A DNA stretch of 64,000 nt from Nemertoderma westbladi (lineage: Eukaryota; Animalia; Xenacoelomorpha): NCBI GenBank assembly GCA_032718475.1, contig JAUCBJ010004610.1, positions 12,640 to 76,639 of the forward strand, read 5' to 3'. Made by a program: the position numbers and the translations under genes. Below the pieces are notes generated by a model that saw nothing but the letters and a program-made list of their open reading frames with translations, was not told where the DNA came from and searched no databases. How positions within the stretch are numbered: the first letter of the stretch is position 1; every line of letters begins with the position of its first letter. Of this stretch, positions 1-13,672 are shown piece after piece.

Positions 1-148
1 ACTACAGTACTTTTACCGGTAGTGGCACGTGATTGGCTACTGTCCTGAGCAATACATTGTTTAGGCTGTACCGGTACCGGTCACTTTTCTGTATTTTGCA
101 GTTGTGCCTGTATAAATTTAAATTTCTGTTTTTCTGTTATTCTAATAA

Positions 149-186
149 TCGCCTGAAGAAGGGTTTAGGCCCGAAAGGCCTCGCGA
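149..186 (+). ncRNA. Minimal type I hammerhead ribozyme-like motif in a Penelope-like terminal repeat remnant
   Basis: tcgc-CTGAAGA-a-gggtttaggccc-GAAA-ggcc-TC-gcga: CUGANGA and GAAA core boxes, stem II, palindromic minimal stem III (AGGCCT), stem I tcgc/gcga. Confidence 0.55.
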
Positions 187-248
187 ATAATAATAATACA
201 AACGTTTTTATTGCTGGGGAAGACCCTCTATCCTTAACATATTATAAA

Positions 249-1093
249 TGCCAAGTACCTAACTGATCTAGACTTTGCTGATGACTTAAGAGTACTCTCA
301 GAATCACTAGAGGGAGCCCAGCTGCTCCTCAGCTCATTAGAACATGCTGCTTCTAGTGTTGGTCTTTTTATTAACTCCAGAAAGACCAAAATTCTGACAG
401 TTAACTTTGAAAGTCCTCAGCAAGTCTCTGATCGGATGAGCATAAGCTCAAAGGATGGTATGCTTGAGCATGTGGACGACTTCTGTTACCTGGGATCATG
501 GATCCGGAAGTCAGATGAGGACCTTCGAATACATAAGGGAAAGGCATGGGCAGCCTTGAATAGGCTTTCCAGGATTTGGAAGTCACCGAGAATTAATCAG
601 AAACTTAAGGTCCGATTATTTAGAGCAGCAGTAGTTCCAGTACTCCTCTACGGGAGTCCATGCTGGGCTCTAACTGCTGAGGACACCAAATCTCTGGATG
701 GCACATTCACAAGAATGCTACGCCGGGTTCATTGTGTCAAGTACAATGCACACATCTCCAACCAGACACTATATAACATTGGAGGTGTCTCATTGGTTCC
801 CCCAAGCTTGACACTAGAACAAAATCGCCTCCGCTTTGCAGGACATTGCTTTCGCCGTGAGGACCAGCCAGTGCATAATCTTGTACTTTGGCAGCCTCAT
901 GGAGTGAATAAGCATGGTGGACAGCCCATGACTTTCTTGAGACGCATCTTAAAGGACACTGGCCTTAAAGATGCGGATGATCTAGCAAATGTCATGGGTG
1001 ATAGGGAGTTGTGGCGGTGCAATTTTGTTGACAAGCCGGCACAGCATTCTTAAAAATGCAGCTGCAATGCGGCATGCCGATCCTAGTAGTAGT
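249..1093 (+). mobile_element. RTE-clade LINE, 5'-truncated copy (RT C-terminal region)
   Basis: LDFADDL, FCYLGS, LLYGS, RLRFAGHCFR motifs; ORF 436-1053; ends in (TAG)n tail; near-identical to copies at 3256, 23113 and 36086. Confidence 0.9.
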
Positions 1094-1120
1094 ACAGCGC
1101 ATGTTGTGTTTACCCTCCTA

Positions 1121-2309
1121 TTTGGCCTGGGGGGGTGGGGGGGTGGTCATTTTAGAATTTTTTTGTAATTCATGTGTATCTTTGAGTCAGGTTTGTTGGG
1201 AAAATCGAGATTTCCTAAAATGTAATGGGCTATCTAATAAAACAAACGCCATTTCCATGGCTATGTTAGTTTTCGTGCTGTGGTCCCTTTCTGGCACCCA
1301 TCTCCAGTATTTTAAGTGCTAAAATTTTCAAAAGTTTTGATGTCTAACTAAAATTAATTTATTTCCGGTATATAGCGGATTTTTGGACACTGATTACGAT
1401 TATATAACTCAAATATAAAATCTGAGAACTTTTTTTTGTATTTTTGAATGTGCCCTGATGGGCATGAAAAAAACAAGTAGTGCAAATATGATAATGAAAA
1501 ATCACCACAAAATCAAATTGATTTTATAACCATATAGTTTTTTTGGTTTGCTGATTACGAATTGACACTGAAATATATCGTACATTGTTGATTACGTCAT
1601 TTTTGGATATGTGTCAATGTGCCACACAAAAAATACAAGTAGCACAAATTTGATATCCAAAAATCCTTAACAAATCAACCTGATTTTTTTCTGGGACGCT
1701 AATCACGAATTGACACTCAAAAATATCGTGTTACCCAACCAAATTCGATTTTTGCCGTTTGAAATTTTACTACTTGTAATTTTCGTCCCACCTGACAAGC
1801 ACCAAAAATGATAGTTGAGTTACCACGAATGATTTTTAACGAGTTGTATCGTTATCAGCGACCTTGAAACCAGTACAGCCTCAGAATTAATAACCAAACC
1901 AAGGGCAAAATTTAACAATTTATAATTTGGTGCTACTTGTAATTTTCATTCTGGGGCACCAGAATGACACCCAAATTGGGTTTGCATTACCAGAAATATT
2001 TATAACGAGTTTTATCATGATCAGCGACATCGAAAACCCGTTTACGTTCAGAATTATCCAACCAAACAAAAAATCTTTTGTTTTTCTAAAATTTTTTCTT
2101 ATTCTTTTCGTCCTTGGGGACCAAAATAGCACCAAAAATGGTGGTTGCATTGCCAAAAAATATTTCTAAGAAGTTTTATCGTGATCAGCGACCTCGAAAA
2201 TCATTATACCATCACAATTGTAATTTTTGAGCCCAGATCTAAGAAATTCCTAAAATGACCCCCCCCCCCCCTGGCCAATTACGTTGTAAAATTGCCCGGG
2301 CCTGATGTG
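1121..2309. mobile_element. Non-autonomous TIR element, possibly piggyBac-type; left terminus damaged
   Basis: tttggcctgggggg...gtcattttagaattt at the left is inverted relative to aaattcctaaaatgacccccc...tggccaa at the right; right end abuts TTAA (2310-2313); diverged internal repeats of ~165 bp (atcagcgac at ~1854, 2020, 2184). Confidence 0.5.
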
Positions 2310-3021
2310 TTAATGAATGGATGATATTACTTAACCTGTATTTCACTTACTTATATATGATTACATACATTTGCTGTTCTTTGTGGTTAAATCTATTAGG
2401 CAGACCCCGATGGAATTTTCATTGTTTATAATTTGTTATTTTGTTTGTTATTAGTGGTGCCCCAATGATATTATTATTTAATACTCTACTGTGTAGGAGA
2501 TTATACCGAGCTCAGATAGATAATGGCGTGGATTAAACCGCAAGTGAAAACTGATATCGCGCAAAGTGATCGCGAGTGAAATACAATTTAATTTATTGTT
2601 TTGGTTGGGAAAACACCGCCTCTGTAACCTCCTCCTTTACCTTAATGATTTTAATTGAATTAAATTACTTTTTAAACCTGCTAAACACATGATGCTTGCG
2701 GTCGATAACATATCTAGTGAGCTTGGATATTATTTCGTACGATTATTTTGAAATTTTGTTTAATGCTAATATTTTCAGATTTTCGGTAAATATCTGAGTT
2801 CTAAACACCCTATTATAGCATAAGACTAAATCAATATAGATGACATGGTAACTAACAGCAGTTTTGTAGAAACTAAAAGTATTCATTCTTCGCACAAAAT
2901 AATCGATTTATAGTATTACTATCGGTTCATTGATATAAAGGATCTAATTGTAATTACTAAAACTTTCCAATGCTAATAATAAGTAATGTAATGTTTTACT
3001 AAATTGAATTGATTAACTCAC

Positions 3022-3202
3022 ACGACATTAAAACTATAAGATGATTTAGTTTCGAAATCTAAACCGGTTCCTTTAGCTTTAACGGCACCTGTTGCTGAGT
3101 TGATGAAAAAGCTAGCCGAATCTGTGCCACTCAAAGAGTACGTCACCGTAGTTCCGGTATCAATATCATCGAATGCGAAAGTGTGGAAGTTAGCAGCTGT
3201 GT
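3022..3202 (-). CDS. Cadherin-repeat protein, exon C
   Basis: AG/GT bounded; TAANFHTFAFDDIDTGTTVTYSLSGTDSASFFINSATGAVKAKGTGLDFETKSSYSFNV with DxD and LDFE motifs; phase matches the preceding exon. Confidence 0.85.
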
Positions 3203-3255
3203 CTATTGAAATAACGAATTATTAATTAATACAGGATACACCAACGGTAATAAAC

Positions 3256-3548
3256 CTCCCCCAAGCTTGACACAAAAAAAAATCGCCTCCGCTTTGAGGG
3301 ACATTGCTTTCGCCGTGAGGACCAGCCAGTGCATAATCTTGTACTTTGGCATCCTCATGGAGTGAATAAGCATGGTGGACAGCCCATGACTTTCTCGAGA
3401 CGCATCTTAAAGGACACTGGCCTTAAAGATACGGATGATCTAGCAAATGTCATGGGTGATAGGGAGTTGTGGCGGTGCAATTTTGTCGACAAGCCGGCAC
3501 AGCATTCTTAAAAATGCAGCTGCAATGCAGCATGCCGATCCTAGTAGT
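3256..3548 (+). mobile_element. RTE-clade LINE 3' fragment in cadherin intron
   Basis: Matches the 3' part of the 249-1093 copy; 13-bp TSD aacggtaataaac at 3243-3255 and 3549-3561. Confidence 0.9.
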
Positions 3549-4543
3549 AACGGTAATAAACAAACAATCGGATCTATGCCTAATAAAACAACGAGTCGAG
3601 TCTTGTTACTTTTACGACTAGAGAGATCAACAAGTACACAGTTTATGATTTGAATTACTTTATTCCAAAATTTTAACATTACTCAACGCCGTTAGTATTA
3701 ACATCGAGTTGTTATTTAGCACTTTACAACTTTAGAGGACATTACAGCATTGTATTGGCCTGTACATTTAGTATTGTATTTGGTGTTATTGTTTACGTGG
3801 TAACACATGACGGCGTTAAGTATTGTCCACTAAGGGAACAATAGGTGGAAATTTGCCTGGCTAGATAGGCCTAGTGCAATACCTACCGGTAGGCGGGGTA
3901 TAGCTATTAATAACCAGTAGGGCCTAGCTATATTATTATAATATGGCTCCAAACGCCACCATAAATATAAGCTAACTTATTCATAACATAATTTATGTCA
4001 ATTTTACATTCGTTTATACAGCAACTAATTTAATTTGTCAGTTTCTATCACTTGTAATATATATTCAATCATTTCGTAATGTTAAAATTTTGGAATAAAA
4101 CTACATACATACAAAGATTCGTGTAACAAAGCCACTCTAATCGTCACACTGTAAAGGGCTAGGCCTACTTTACACACAAGTATGTAAATAGGTATTACCT
4201 ACTAGGAACTAACACCGCAACCAGTGCGCGATTTATGATTTTTGAATTGTAATTCCAATTAGAAACTGACTGTCTGTAGTATAGGATTTTTTTGCGTTTA
4301 GTTATGCGGATAGGGTGTCGTTTGTTTGTTTGAACTTTTGCCAATGGCACAAAGAGCCAATGAATTAATTGTTTGTTTTAATTCCTGTACAAAAATATGT
4401 AAAATAGAATATAATTTACATCTAAAAATGGTTATGTCTCGCGCCATAAAAAAAGGTTTCCATTATTAATTATTAGCTACCCACGAACTAAATTACACTA
4501 CTTACCCTAACTAAACTACACCACTACTAAGCTACCCACTAAC

Positions 4544-4712
4544 TTTCATTTACTGAAAACGAAGCTAGCCCTGTGTAGGTTGGGGTTTCATCCACAGCAG
4601 ATAGATTGATTACAAAAGTAACGCTTTCTTTAGCACCATTATCCACATCGACCGTCACAGAAAAACTTGTAGTTGTTTCAAAATCTAGTTTGGATTGATC
4701 CTTTACTGCTAT
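4544..4712 (-). CDS. Cadherin-repeat protein, exon B
   Basis: AG/GT bounded; IAVKDQSKLDFETTTSFSVTVDVDNGAKESVTFVINLSAVDETPTYTGLASFSVNE(N) with LDFE, DETP linker and V-x-EN motifs; phases consistent with both neighbours. Confidence 0.85.
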
Positions 4713-5176
4713 CTAAAGAATAAATCAAAGTGATTAATCAGAATGAGTGAGGTTCATTTTATATGATTTTTACTACATTTGAGAGAAAATTCTGCGGATT
4801 GGCATAGTAATAGTGAGCTAAAATGTCTAACAAACCAACCTCCTGAGTTATAAAATAGACAAGTTACGCCGTCAGTGGCCTATGAAATATTTATAAACAA
4901 TAGTTGTGTTTTGATGTTGATCAGCAAGCTGCTGTTATCAGTTAGCCACGACTATTGGTAACTAACTAAAGAGGCTGAGAAAAAAACCCTATTAATGGGA
5001 TAAAGGAACGCCTGTTCACCACACCACCCTCCACAGTAAATCCATATAAACAACAATCTAAAGTTTACATCACCTTACTGTACACACACGGGTCTTCGTT
5101 AATGTTATTAAACCATTATCGATATGCCCCCTAGTTTTATGTGAACCTAAACATTGAACACTTTTGTTTAACTCAC

Positions 5177-5406
5177 TTCAAACTCAGCCCCAGTTCCAGT
5201 AGGCTGTGTTTTAAAGGCTGCCATAGCTGCCGCATTTCCAGTAATTGTTGCGGAATTCGCGACATATGTTGCTATTGCCGTATTTGTAATCGCAGTGTCA
5301 GCTATAACTACAGTTCCTGTTGCAGTGTTCTCAGCTATTAACGTCGGTGACGGTACATCTACTTGTCCCAATGGTGTACTACCAACACTGGATACTGGCG
5401 AACAGG
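5177..5406 (-). CDS. Cadherin-repeat protein, exon A
   Basis: tgttgcag acceptor, gtgagt donor; contains IAEN motif (ORF 5168-5371); splices in phase 0 to exon B. Upstream and downstream exons not identified. Confidence 0.75.
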
Positions 5407-5497
5407 CTGCAACATAAAAATATTAATTGGCATTATATTACAGGATTAAAGGATACTATTATTAATATATTTTTATGAGAATTTTACTACCAGTATA

Positions 5498-8400
5498 AAC
5501 CGTGTCCTGGAATATAGTGTCGCTATTCAGGTACATGCCCCCCCCCCCCCCCCTAAATTTTTCTACAAATCTTAATGAGATTGCATGAAATTTGAAACAG
5601 AGATAGTTTCATCTCCCTCCTCCTCCGTGTGGATGAGCCAGAATTTTTATTTTTGCTTTCAATCTTTAGCTACAAGCGTTTGAAAAAGGTGTCTCCGGCT
5701 ATTTTTCACAGGTCACAGTGCAATCATTCTTCGACCTTATAGTGATTTGTTGGTACTAATGGAAAACTGGCAGTGCAAGGATTCCAAATATGTAACACAA
5801 TTTGATTTTCGTTGAAAAATAGCTGAGATATGTGCGTTCGAAAGTTGCATTGTTTTGCACCTGCGCGGGGCTATTTTATTCTATTTAATAAATACACCAT
5901 ATTCTGGAACATTATATTTATTTCACGAGTAGCTATGCAATTAGTAATTCAAAGAAAGTTATACCAAGGAAAACAGTTACAGGTGCTTTATCTTGATAGA
6001 CAGTACCGGTGCTGGTTTTCTTCACATTTACCTTTAAAGATAAATGTATTTAAATTATTTATATGTAAATAAAATATTTCACATATTATTGAGTGGGATC
6101 CAATGATCAATCGTTTATTTTTCCTGATTCTAAATTCTAAAAGGCTCTGACGATTTTGCTAACTTTAGCAACACATGTAGATGGTAGATCTATTAACTAT
6201 GTTAACGCACGTATATCTACTGGTATTAATACAGTACCGTAATTAAATATAAATACGCGATAAATACCGTAACTTAATACGGATCCAGACAGTAGCCAGG
6301 CTTAGTTGATACCTACAGTATATCCCTTTTATTGTAAGATTACAAACCGGATAAACTTAATATCGATGTCTATTCCGAGTTCGATGGCTTCGAAAATAAA
6401 GTTCGCTACAGCAAACGTGCTGGTGGTTTCGAAGTTGGGTGCTGCCTGCTCTTTGAGTTTGATAGCGAAGGAGTGAGAGAACTGAACTTATATTTCCGAA
6501 CTTACATTAGGCGAGGCTCGGTCAGATTTCCGGCTCATTACGTTCCACATTTAAACAATAGGAACTGTCATGACGAAAAGCTGCGTGAAATGTTGGGCTT
6601 CACGGACTAATGTACAGTAGAGCTCATGTGGGCTCATTCTAATCATTCTTACAAACCCAAACGGCCCTTTTAAGGGTCAACATCATCCAATTCAGGTCGT
6701 AAAACGAATATTATTACAGTAATACTGTATATAAAATTTATTTCGCTCAAACCCCAAGCTGTTGCTTAACTACTGGGTAATCTACAGTTAATTGTTTCAC
6801 TTGAACTCGGTTTTCCAGGCAAGTCTGCCCACCAATCCAACCCCCCACCCCCCCCCCCCCCCCCCCCCGGCATTATCGCCTAGCACGCAATTCCTCCACA
6901 AAAATTTGGAAACAAAAATTGAATTAAATAATATTTTTAATTAAATTAAAATAAATTAATGCTAAATTAAATTAAAGCCTTTTAATAATACTGATATGCT
7001 TACAATAGATTACAAAATTATACTTTCTGTTCCTTTTGAAAATAGCGCCGCCATCTTTATTGCCTCCTCCCTCCCTTTCTCTTTCTCCTCTATCATGTCT
7101 TCCTCCTCCCGCCTCCCGTTCCTTCTTTCTCGCATCCCACTCTCTCCTTCCCAACCTCTTGACTCTATCCTTCTTCCTTACCAATCCCTCACCTCCCTTG
7201 CACTTTCCAGCAGAAAAATTAAAATTGAATGTGGCTGAGTTGTAACAATTTATAATTTGCTGCGGTTGGGTATCATGGGTCTCTGTTGTTGCTTCCTTCC
7301 TGGCCTTAATGTTGTTGCCTCTACCCCACTTTCATATACTAGTTGCCTTCATTTTACCTTTCCCATCTTGGCATCGAACGAACTGAACTTTCTCGCCACC
7401 TTTAAGCCAACAGTTGACCTGAGACTTGTGCACTATTCATATTCCAAGTGCCCCCAGGGTCTTGGATTAGTAACTACGATCTAGCACCAGGTCATCAGGA
7501 TGTCTGCATTGAGCGCTGGATTGCAATGTCCGGACGACTTCCGTCAGTAACACCCCCAGAGTGCTCTATGGGAGTGCAGGCCAACGACTTGTACATAAAT
7601 GCTACATTTCGTCGTAGCCTAAACAGTGTTCTCATTAATAGCACTGTTAAACGTTTAAGTGAATGTCATTGTTCTCTGTCAAACTTCGATTTATTATATG
7701 ATGTTGACAACCACGACTTTAGAGGGATTGTAATATTAATATTAAAATAATAAAATAGGACATGGGGTCTATTCCCTCAGATACTACCTAGCATTTAGGG
7801 CCACTTGGGCCCCCTAAATGCTAGGTAGTATCGCTAGGAAGCCGCCCAGTCACTGAAAACATCCGTGATTGAGGCTTCATTTGTTGGTGCTGGATTATTA
7901 CCACCAACCCCAGAACACCCGCGACTCAGTAAAGGACTCAGTGACCTTCTGGCTTTAGCTGATGAGTCATTGGAACTAACACCTGCCAATGAGGTGGAAT
8001 ATAATACTACTAGTACTGTAGTTGTTGGAGATGATAGTGACTCTGACATCTTCAATCTACCAGAATCACTAACCAAACCATCCTCATTAGTAACATCTAC
8101 TACTTTAAAAGTTACATCATGCAAGCAACGCAAGTCATTTACTCGCTATATTAATATTAATTTGTAGAAATTAATAAAAGGTAGATTGTCGAATGTGGGA
8201 TGTTCTTAAAGAGAATTGAAAAGTTTCTCGAGTCTAGTTTTTTTTTCAAGTTTCATTATTAGCCAATCAGGACCTAAAATATTAAAACCTCTGATCCTAT
8301 GAATCTGGAAATTTGGTGTGATTTCAGATTTACGGGGTTTAGATCTACGTGCGTTAAAATAGTTAATAGATATACCATATACCTGTGTTAATAAAGTTAG

Positions 8401-9067
8401 CAAAATCGTCAGAGCCTTTTAGAATTTAGAATCAGGATAAATAAACGATTGATCATTGGATCCCACTCAATAATATGTGAAATATTTTATTTTACATATA
8501 AAATAATTTAAATACATTTATCTTCAAAGGTAAATGCGAAGAAAAACAGCACCGGTAACTGTCTATCAAGATAAAGCACCTGTAACTGTTTTCCTTGGTA
8601 TAACTTACTTTGAATTACTAATTGCATAGATGCTCGTGAAATAAATATTAATGTTCCAGAATATGGTGTATTTATTAAAAAGAATAAAATAGCCTCGCGC
8701 AGGTGCAAAACCATGCAACATGTGAACGCATCTCAGCTATTTTTCAACGAAAATCAAATTGTGTTACATATTTGGAATCCTTGCACAGCCAGCTTTCCAT
8801 CAGTACCGACAAATCACTATAAGGTCGAATAATGATTGCACTGTGACCTGTGAAAAATAGCCGGATAACCTTTTTCAAACGCTTGTAGCTAAAGATTGAA
8901 AGCAAAAATAAAAATTCTGGCTCATCCACGGAGGAGGAGGGAGGTGAAACTATATCTGTTTCAAATTTCATGCACTCTCATTAAGATTTGTAGAAAAAAT
9001 TGGGGGGGGGGGGGGGGGGGGGGGGGGCATGTACCTGAATAACGACACTATATTCCAGGACATGGTG
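5498..9067. mobile_element. Foldback-type non-autonomous DNA transposon with ~720-bp inverted arms, TA-flanked
   Basis: 5498-6219 is the reverse complement of 8340-9067; terminus consensus CACCATGTCCTGGAATATAGTGTC; TA on both sides. Confidence 0.8.
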
Positions 9068-9339
9068 TATTTTAGAGAAATCTGAAAATTTTATTAGATT
9101 TAAATTTTCACCAAAAAAGATTAAAGGATATAGTTGTAAATAAATATAAAAAAAACATTTGGTGAATCTCAATCTGGTAGTAATTAATTGGAAATAACTT
9201 TCACCATGTTTTCTGATAGAACCAGTATTAACTCCAAACCAATTAGTATTATTATTAATAATGTCATACATGTCAGTATAAATCTGGCAGTACAACTAGT
9301 AAATTATGTTATGATGTAGCGATGTAGGTTATGATGTAT

Positions 9340-10680
9340 ATATAATTAGCCACCAAACATCGAGGTCAGCCCTACAAGGAAAATATATGACAAGACGATA
9401 CCCGTAGAAACAGTGGACTTTACACATGCCGAACTCCAAAGAAGCATTAAAAGCATGTCCAATAATAAAGCGAGTGCATTAGATGAAATCCCAGCGGACA
9501 GCGGAGGTATGGAAAACAGGAGTGCTAAACATACCACTATTGGATGTTTGCAACATTAATTTGGACTAAAAGTCAACTAAAGCCTCTCCCCAAGCCATGA
9601 GACCTTACATGGGTTCACTGACAACCTATTGTGGAAGCAGTCTCCTTGTGGTTGGTGCCAACATTTTTATACAACAAAGTGATCCTATATAAAGTTAGAC
9701 CTTATATATAAAGAAACTACTGCGGAAGAGCATTAATTCTGACTAAATAGATAAACAATAGCGCAGATAATTGCGCTATGGAGATTGGTTGGAGAAATTA
9801 AATGAAAGAGCCTTCCAGCAGTTGTGACTTGTGGTCTTCAATAAAGTCCACCCTTAGAGGTAAAATGCTGTAAATTTTATTGTTATATTGTGGCACAGAT
9901 CACTCTCATCAGATTGAGAAACTCAGTTGACTGATGTACGGCCAGGCAACACATAGCTCCATTACTATTCATAATTGTATTAAATTACGCAATGATGGCA
10001 TCGACAACAGTCGGAAATCTTGGATTTACACTCACTACAAGAACGTAGAATCGGAAGATATCCCGCTCAAACAGTAACATACACACTGACTTTGCGGATA
10101 AAATTGCCTTGCTTTCTAATAGATTAGCAAAAACATCGCTTCAAATGAATAATGAGGAAAGTGTTGCTAAGGATATTGGATTGCATATATTTTAAACTAA
10201 GACCAAAGACATGACTTTCAATGTTAATAATATCCTCGATAATAGTCAACTAAAGAACGTTGTAATCAACCGAAGCACGTTGACTATTTCCTGTACCTGT
10301 GGTCATTGATAGAAAGCAGCAGAAAAGGCATAAAAAAAGTAAACCAACGGCATTTGTAGATCTGTCAAAACTGGATATCATCTGGAAATCCAACCTCTGC
10401 CATCAACCCATTGTTACACAAAAATACTAAATGCTAAACCTCATCTGGAAACAACACAAAACAAACGCCGAGCTTTATAGTACAATACAATGTATCAATT
10501 ACTTAGGTGAACGCATACTACGAATCAGTGGACACTGCTGGAGAAGTAAAGGCGAGTGCATGCACGATCTACTTTTCTGGCAAGGTAGACGTTCTCGTGG
10601 AGGACCGGGTATGACATGTATAGACCAACTTGAAAGGGATACTGGACTTAGGAGAAACGGAAATGATTTGATATTGGCCT
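9340..10680 (+). pseudogene. Old, heavily decayed RTE-like LINE RT
   Basis: Residual motifs SNNKA, TLAPLLFIIVLNY, TDFAD, FLYL, RISGHCWRS with many stops and frameshifts. Confidence 0.65.
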
Positions 10681-11585
10681 CTTGGAGTCTGTGCAGCAGC
10701 GCTTATGTCATATGATTTCCGGGTTGTCTGCCTGAGCGTATGATGCTCGGTTGAAAGAAGTCTGTTTACCAACGCTACAGTATAGAAGGGGTATGGGGGA
10801 TATGATCAAAGTTTGGATTTCGAATTTTGGAAGGAATTGGGTTCCATATCTTTGGGTTCATATCTAGAAAATTAATTATTCATACCACCGCCCCCCTTCA
10901 TAAATGGTCCCATCTAGCTGCTGATCTTAGCCTCTGCCGCAATTATCTATTGGAAAGTTGATGCATACAACAGCTGATTACAAGCAAACACTAAATTATG
11001 ACATGTTCTATTGACTTTAGTTTATTGTCTTGGTTAGAATAACATGCCATTGCGACCTGCTCCATACAACAGTTAATTGATAATTAACAGTGTTAATTCG
11101 CTGAGACAAGATAATAATTGGAAGTGAAGTACCCCCCCCCCCCCCCCCCCCCCTGTACAATGATAAGTGTATTGGTAATGATTTTACCTTGCAATAAAAT
11201 AATTCCAGTAATAATTGAGAAATACACGCATACATTATAAATTGTTTTCATTGTAACGAATCACCTTGTTAATAATAAAATGGAAGAAATGTATTTATTA
11301 TGTAGTATGAAGTGTCTACTATACCAAAAAGTGACGACAGTATTGGTTAGAAATGTTACGCATTATGTTTTACTTTTATTACTGTTTTACTGTTATATTA
11401 CTGATTTCAGGTACCGGTAAGCATAAAATAAGGTTATGAATACAAATACAGTAGGGACTGAATACAGTAGTAGCACTCACTAGTTTAGAAACTAAACTGG
11501 CACAATAATCTAGAACAAGCGATAAATTTATGAGAATTGTTCTACCCAAGCCATCTGATTAGATACTACAAGATATACATATACA

Positions 11586-11877
11586 CACCATTTCCTGGAA
11601 TATAGTGTCGTTATTCAGGTACCTGTACAAATCTTAATGACATTGCATGAAATTTGAAACAGAGATAGTTTCACTTCCCGACCACTTACTGGGTGAGCCA
11701 GAATTTTTATTTTTGCTTTCATTCTATTCTTTAGCTACAAGCGTTTGAAAAACGTGTCTCGGGCGATGTTGCACCAGTTACACCGCAGTTATTCTTCAAT
11801 AACTGGAGTGTTTTGTATGGATCTTATAGTGATTTGTATCTGAATTGTATTTGACTATATTCCAGGACTTGTAGGTG
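11586..11877. mobile_element. Short internally deleted copy of the CACCATGTCC foldback family
   Basis: Starts caccatttcctggaatatagtgtcg, ends actatattccaggacttgtaggtg; body matches 5498-5750. Confidence 0.7.
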
Positions 11878-13054
11878 TAAGTAAGTAAGTGAAAATGTGA
11901 AAAATGTTTTCGATTACTTGCACAATGTAGTCAAGTTAAACGCCAGTTATTAATCATAAATATTAATTTGTAATACACCCTACCGTATATTATTATTATC
12001 TATTATTATTCGAAACAACATATATTAAATAGTAATTATAAACAAATTAACTACTACACTATACACACAGTATATTATAATAATACTTATATATGTACAT
12101 ACATAATACAAAATATAACTTTTTGACACTGTAAATAATTATAAATTATAGTGGGTTATAGTGGCTCATATTATAGAACTAGCATTACTTAAATGGTAGT
12201 GACGTAGAAAGTATCTGGCCCCTTCACTGCATTACCCTCGTGACGAAAGCATGTTTATATGCCAAATTGTGCGTGTATAACAAAAACACACAACGCAAAC
12301 TTTGGCATTAAACAACATTTAATTGGGTAATGTTTCTGCTCAATGAATTCCTTTGGCTTCAAAGGTAGATTGGACAGTATTATGATACAATCAAATTTTA
12401 AAAGCGTTAACCTCCATTTAATATTAATAATAATAATGAAATTGGAACAGTAATTGTGCGCTGGGTTGACCTCAGCTGGCCGAGGAAATTAATAACAGTA
12501 AAATAGTGTAATAGCTGCTTAAATTCCCAAAATAGGACTTCTTCCTCCAAATAATGAAAATATATATTTACCATGAACTGCAAATTGATAAATTTTTTTC
12601 ATCAGTAGTAGTAGAGGTATGATGTAGGTTAACACCATTATCTATTATAAGGAAAACAGCAGTTATTAACTAGAGGTAGTTCATAAACTTTGAACAAGGT
12701 CATATTACTTTATTTATTTATTATTTAATTTAATTTAATTAAATAATCGGTTTGAAACAGATATACAGATGTAATTAACATCAAACAATTTATAAGTGGA
12801 ACATCAAATTATCGAGGGGAGAGGAAATCCACCAAGGCTCATGGCATTTAAGTTAGATTTAAAAGTAACAAAATTAAAAAAATATATATGACATCATAGA
12901 AGGATATAAACGAACTCAATTAACAAAAAAAAACGGATTATAAATAGTAAAAATTATACATATTTAGGTAGGACGTAAGTATTACTTAGTTATTGAAATA
13001 AAAAAGGATTTCGATCTATAGTAAATTAACAATATCGCAAAAGGTCAAACACCA

Positions 13055-13200
13055 GACAAGTTGTCCTCAAATACATTTAGACTTGTGGCATTAACAACAG
13101 CCAATGTTAACTTGTTCCAAATAGTATCTACTCTATGCGAAAAATGTTTGCACATGTTAAGTCGACATCTAGAAACCCACGGAGGTCAGTTCGCGATGGA
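13055..13200 (-). pseudogene. CR1-group LINE ORF2 3' remnant
   Basis: Minus strand reads FSHRVDTIWNKLTLAVVNATSLNVFEDNL, the typical CR1 C-terminus. Confidence 0.55.
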
Positions 13201-13672
13201 CGTTTAAAGAAAGGATCAAAGTCTATAAATCAATTAAATTCCGTTCAATTCAATATGTCATCTTTAAATCTAAAATATAACGTGTCCCCTTAGCAAAGGT
13301 ATTTTATGCGGTAAATATAACTAAAGTATAGAATATTGCACCTTAAAAATTATCGTCATGTAAAGTACTGCTGCACACTCTCAATTTTATCAATATTGCT
13401 ATTTTGTACAGTGACCTAAAAGACCAATGGTCTCTCCATAGTTTTGTACACTGTCAACAGTGCCTCGGCATTTCGTGTCTTAATGTTTCTGAAAAGCATA
13501 TTAATAATTTTAAAAGCCTTAGAAACCTGTTCCTTACAGTATCTATCAAATTAGAGATCCAAACTAACTATCATACCTTAGTCTTTACAGAAAGTTTCAG
13601 ATTTCATAAGTGTCGTTTAGATGATATAGAGGCTGAATATTACGGCCAACATAAACAACCACACACTATTAG

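Noticed and set aside
2351-2392. Possible further cadherin exon (FNHKEQQMYVIIY)
   Set aside because: Too short, with a weak acceptor; not supportable without transcripts.
6972-7245. Overlapping short ORFs
   Set aside because: Pyrimidine-rich low-complexity sequence.
11353-11420. Signal-peptide-like mini-exon as first exon of the cadherin gene
   Set aside because: It is on the plus strand, opposite to the cadherin exons, and could arise by chance in T-rich DNA.
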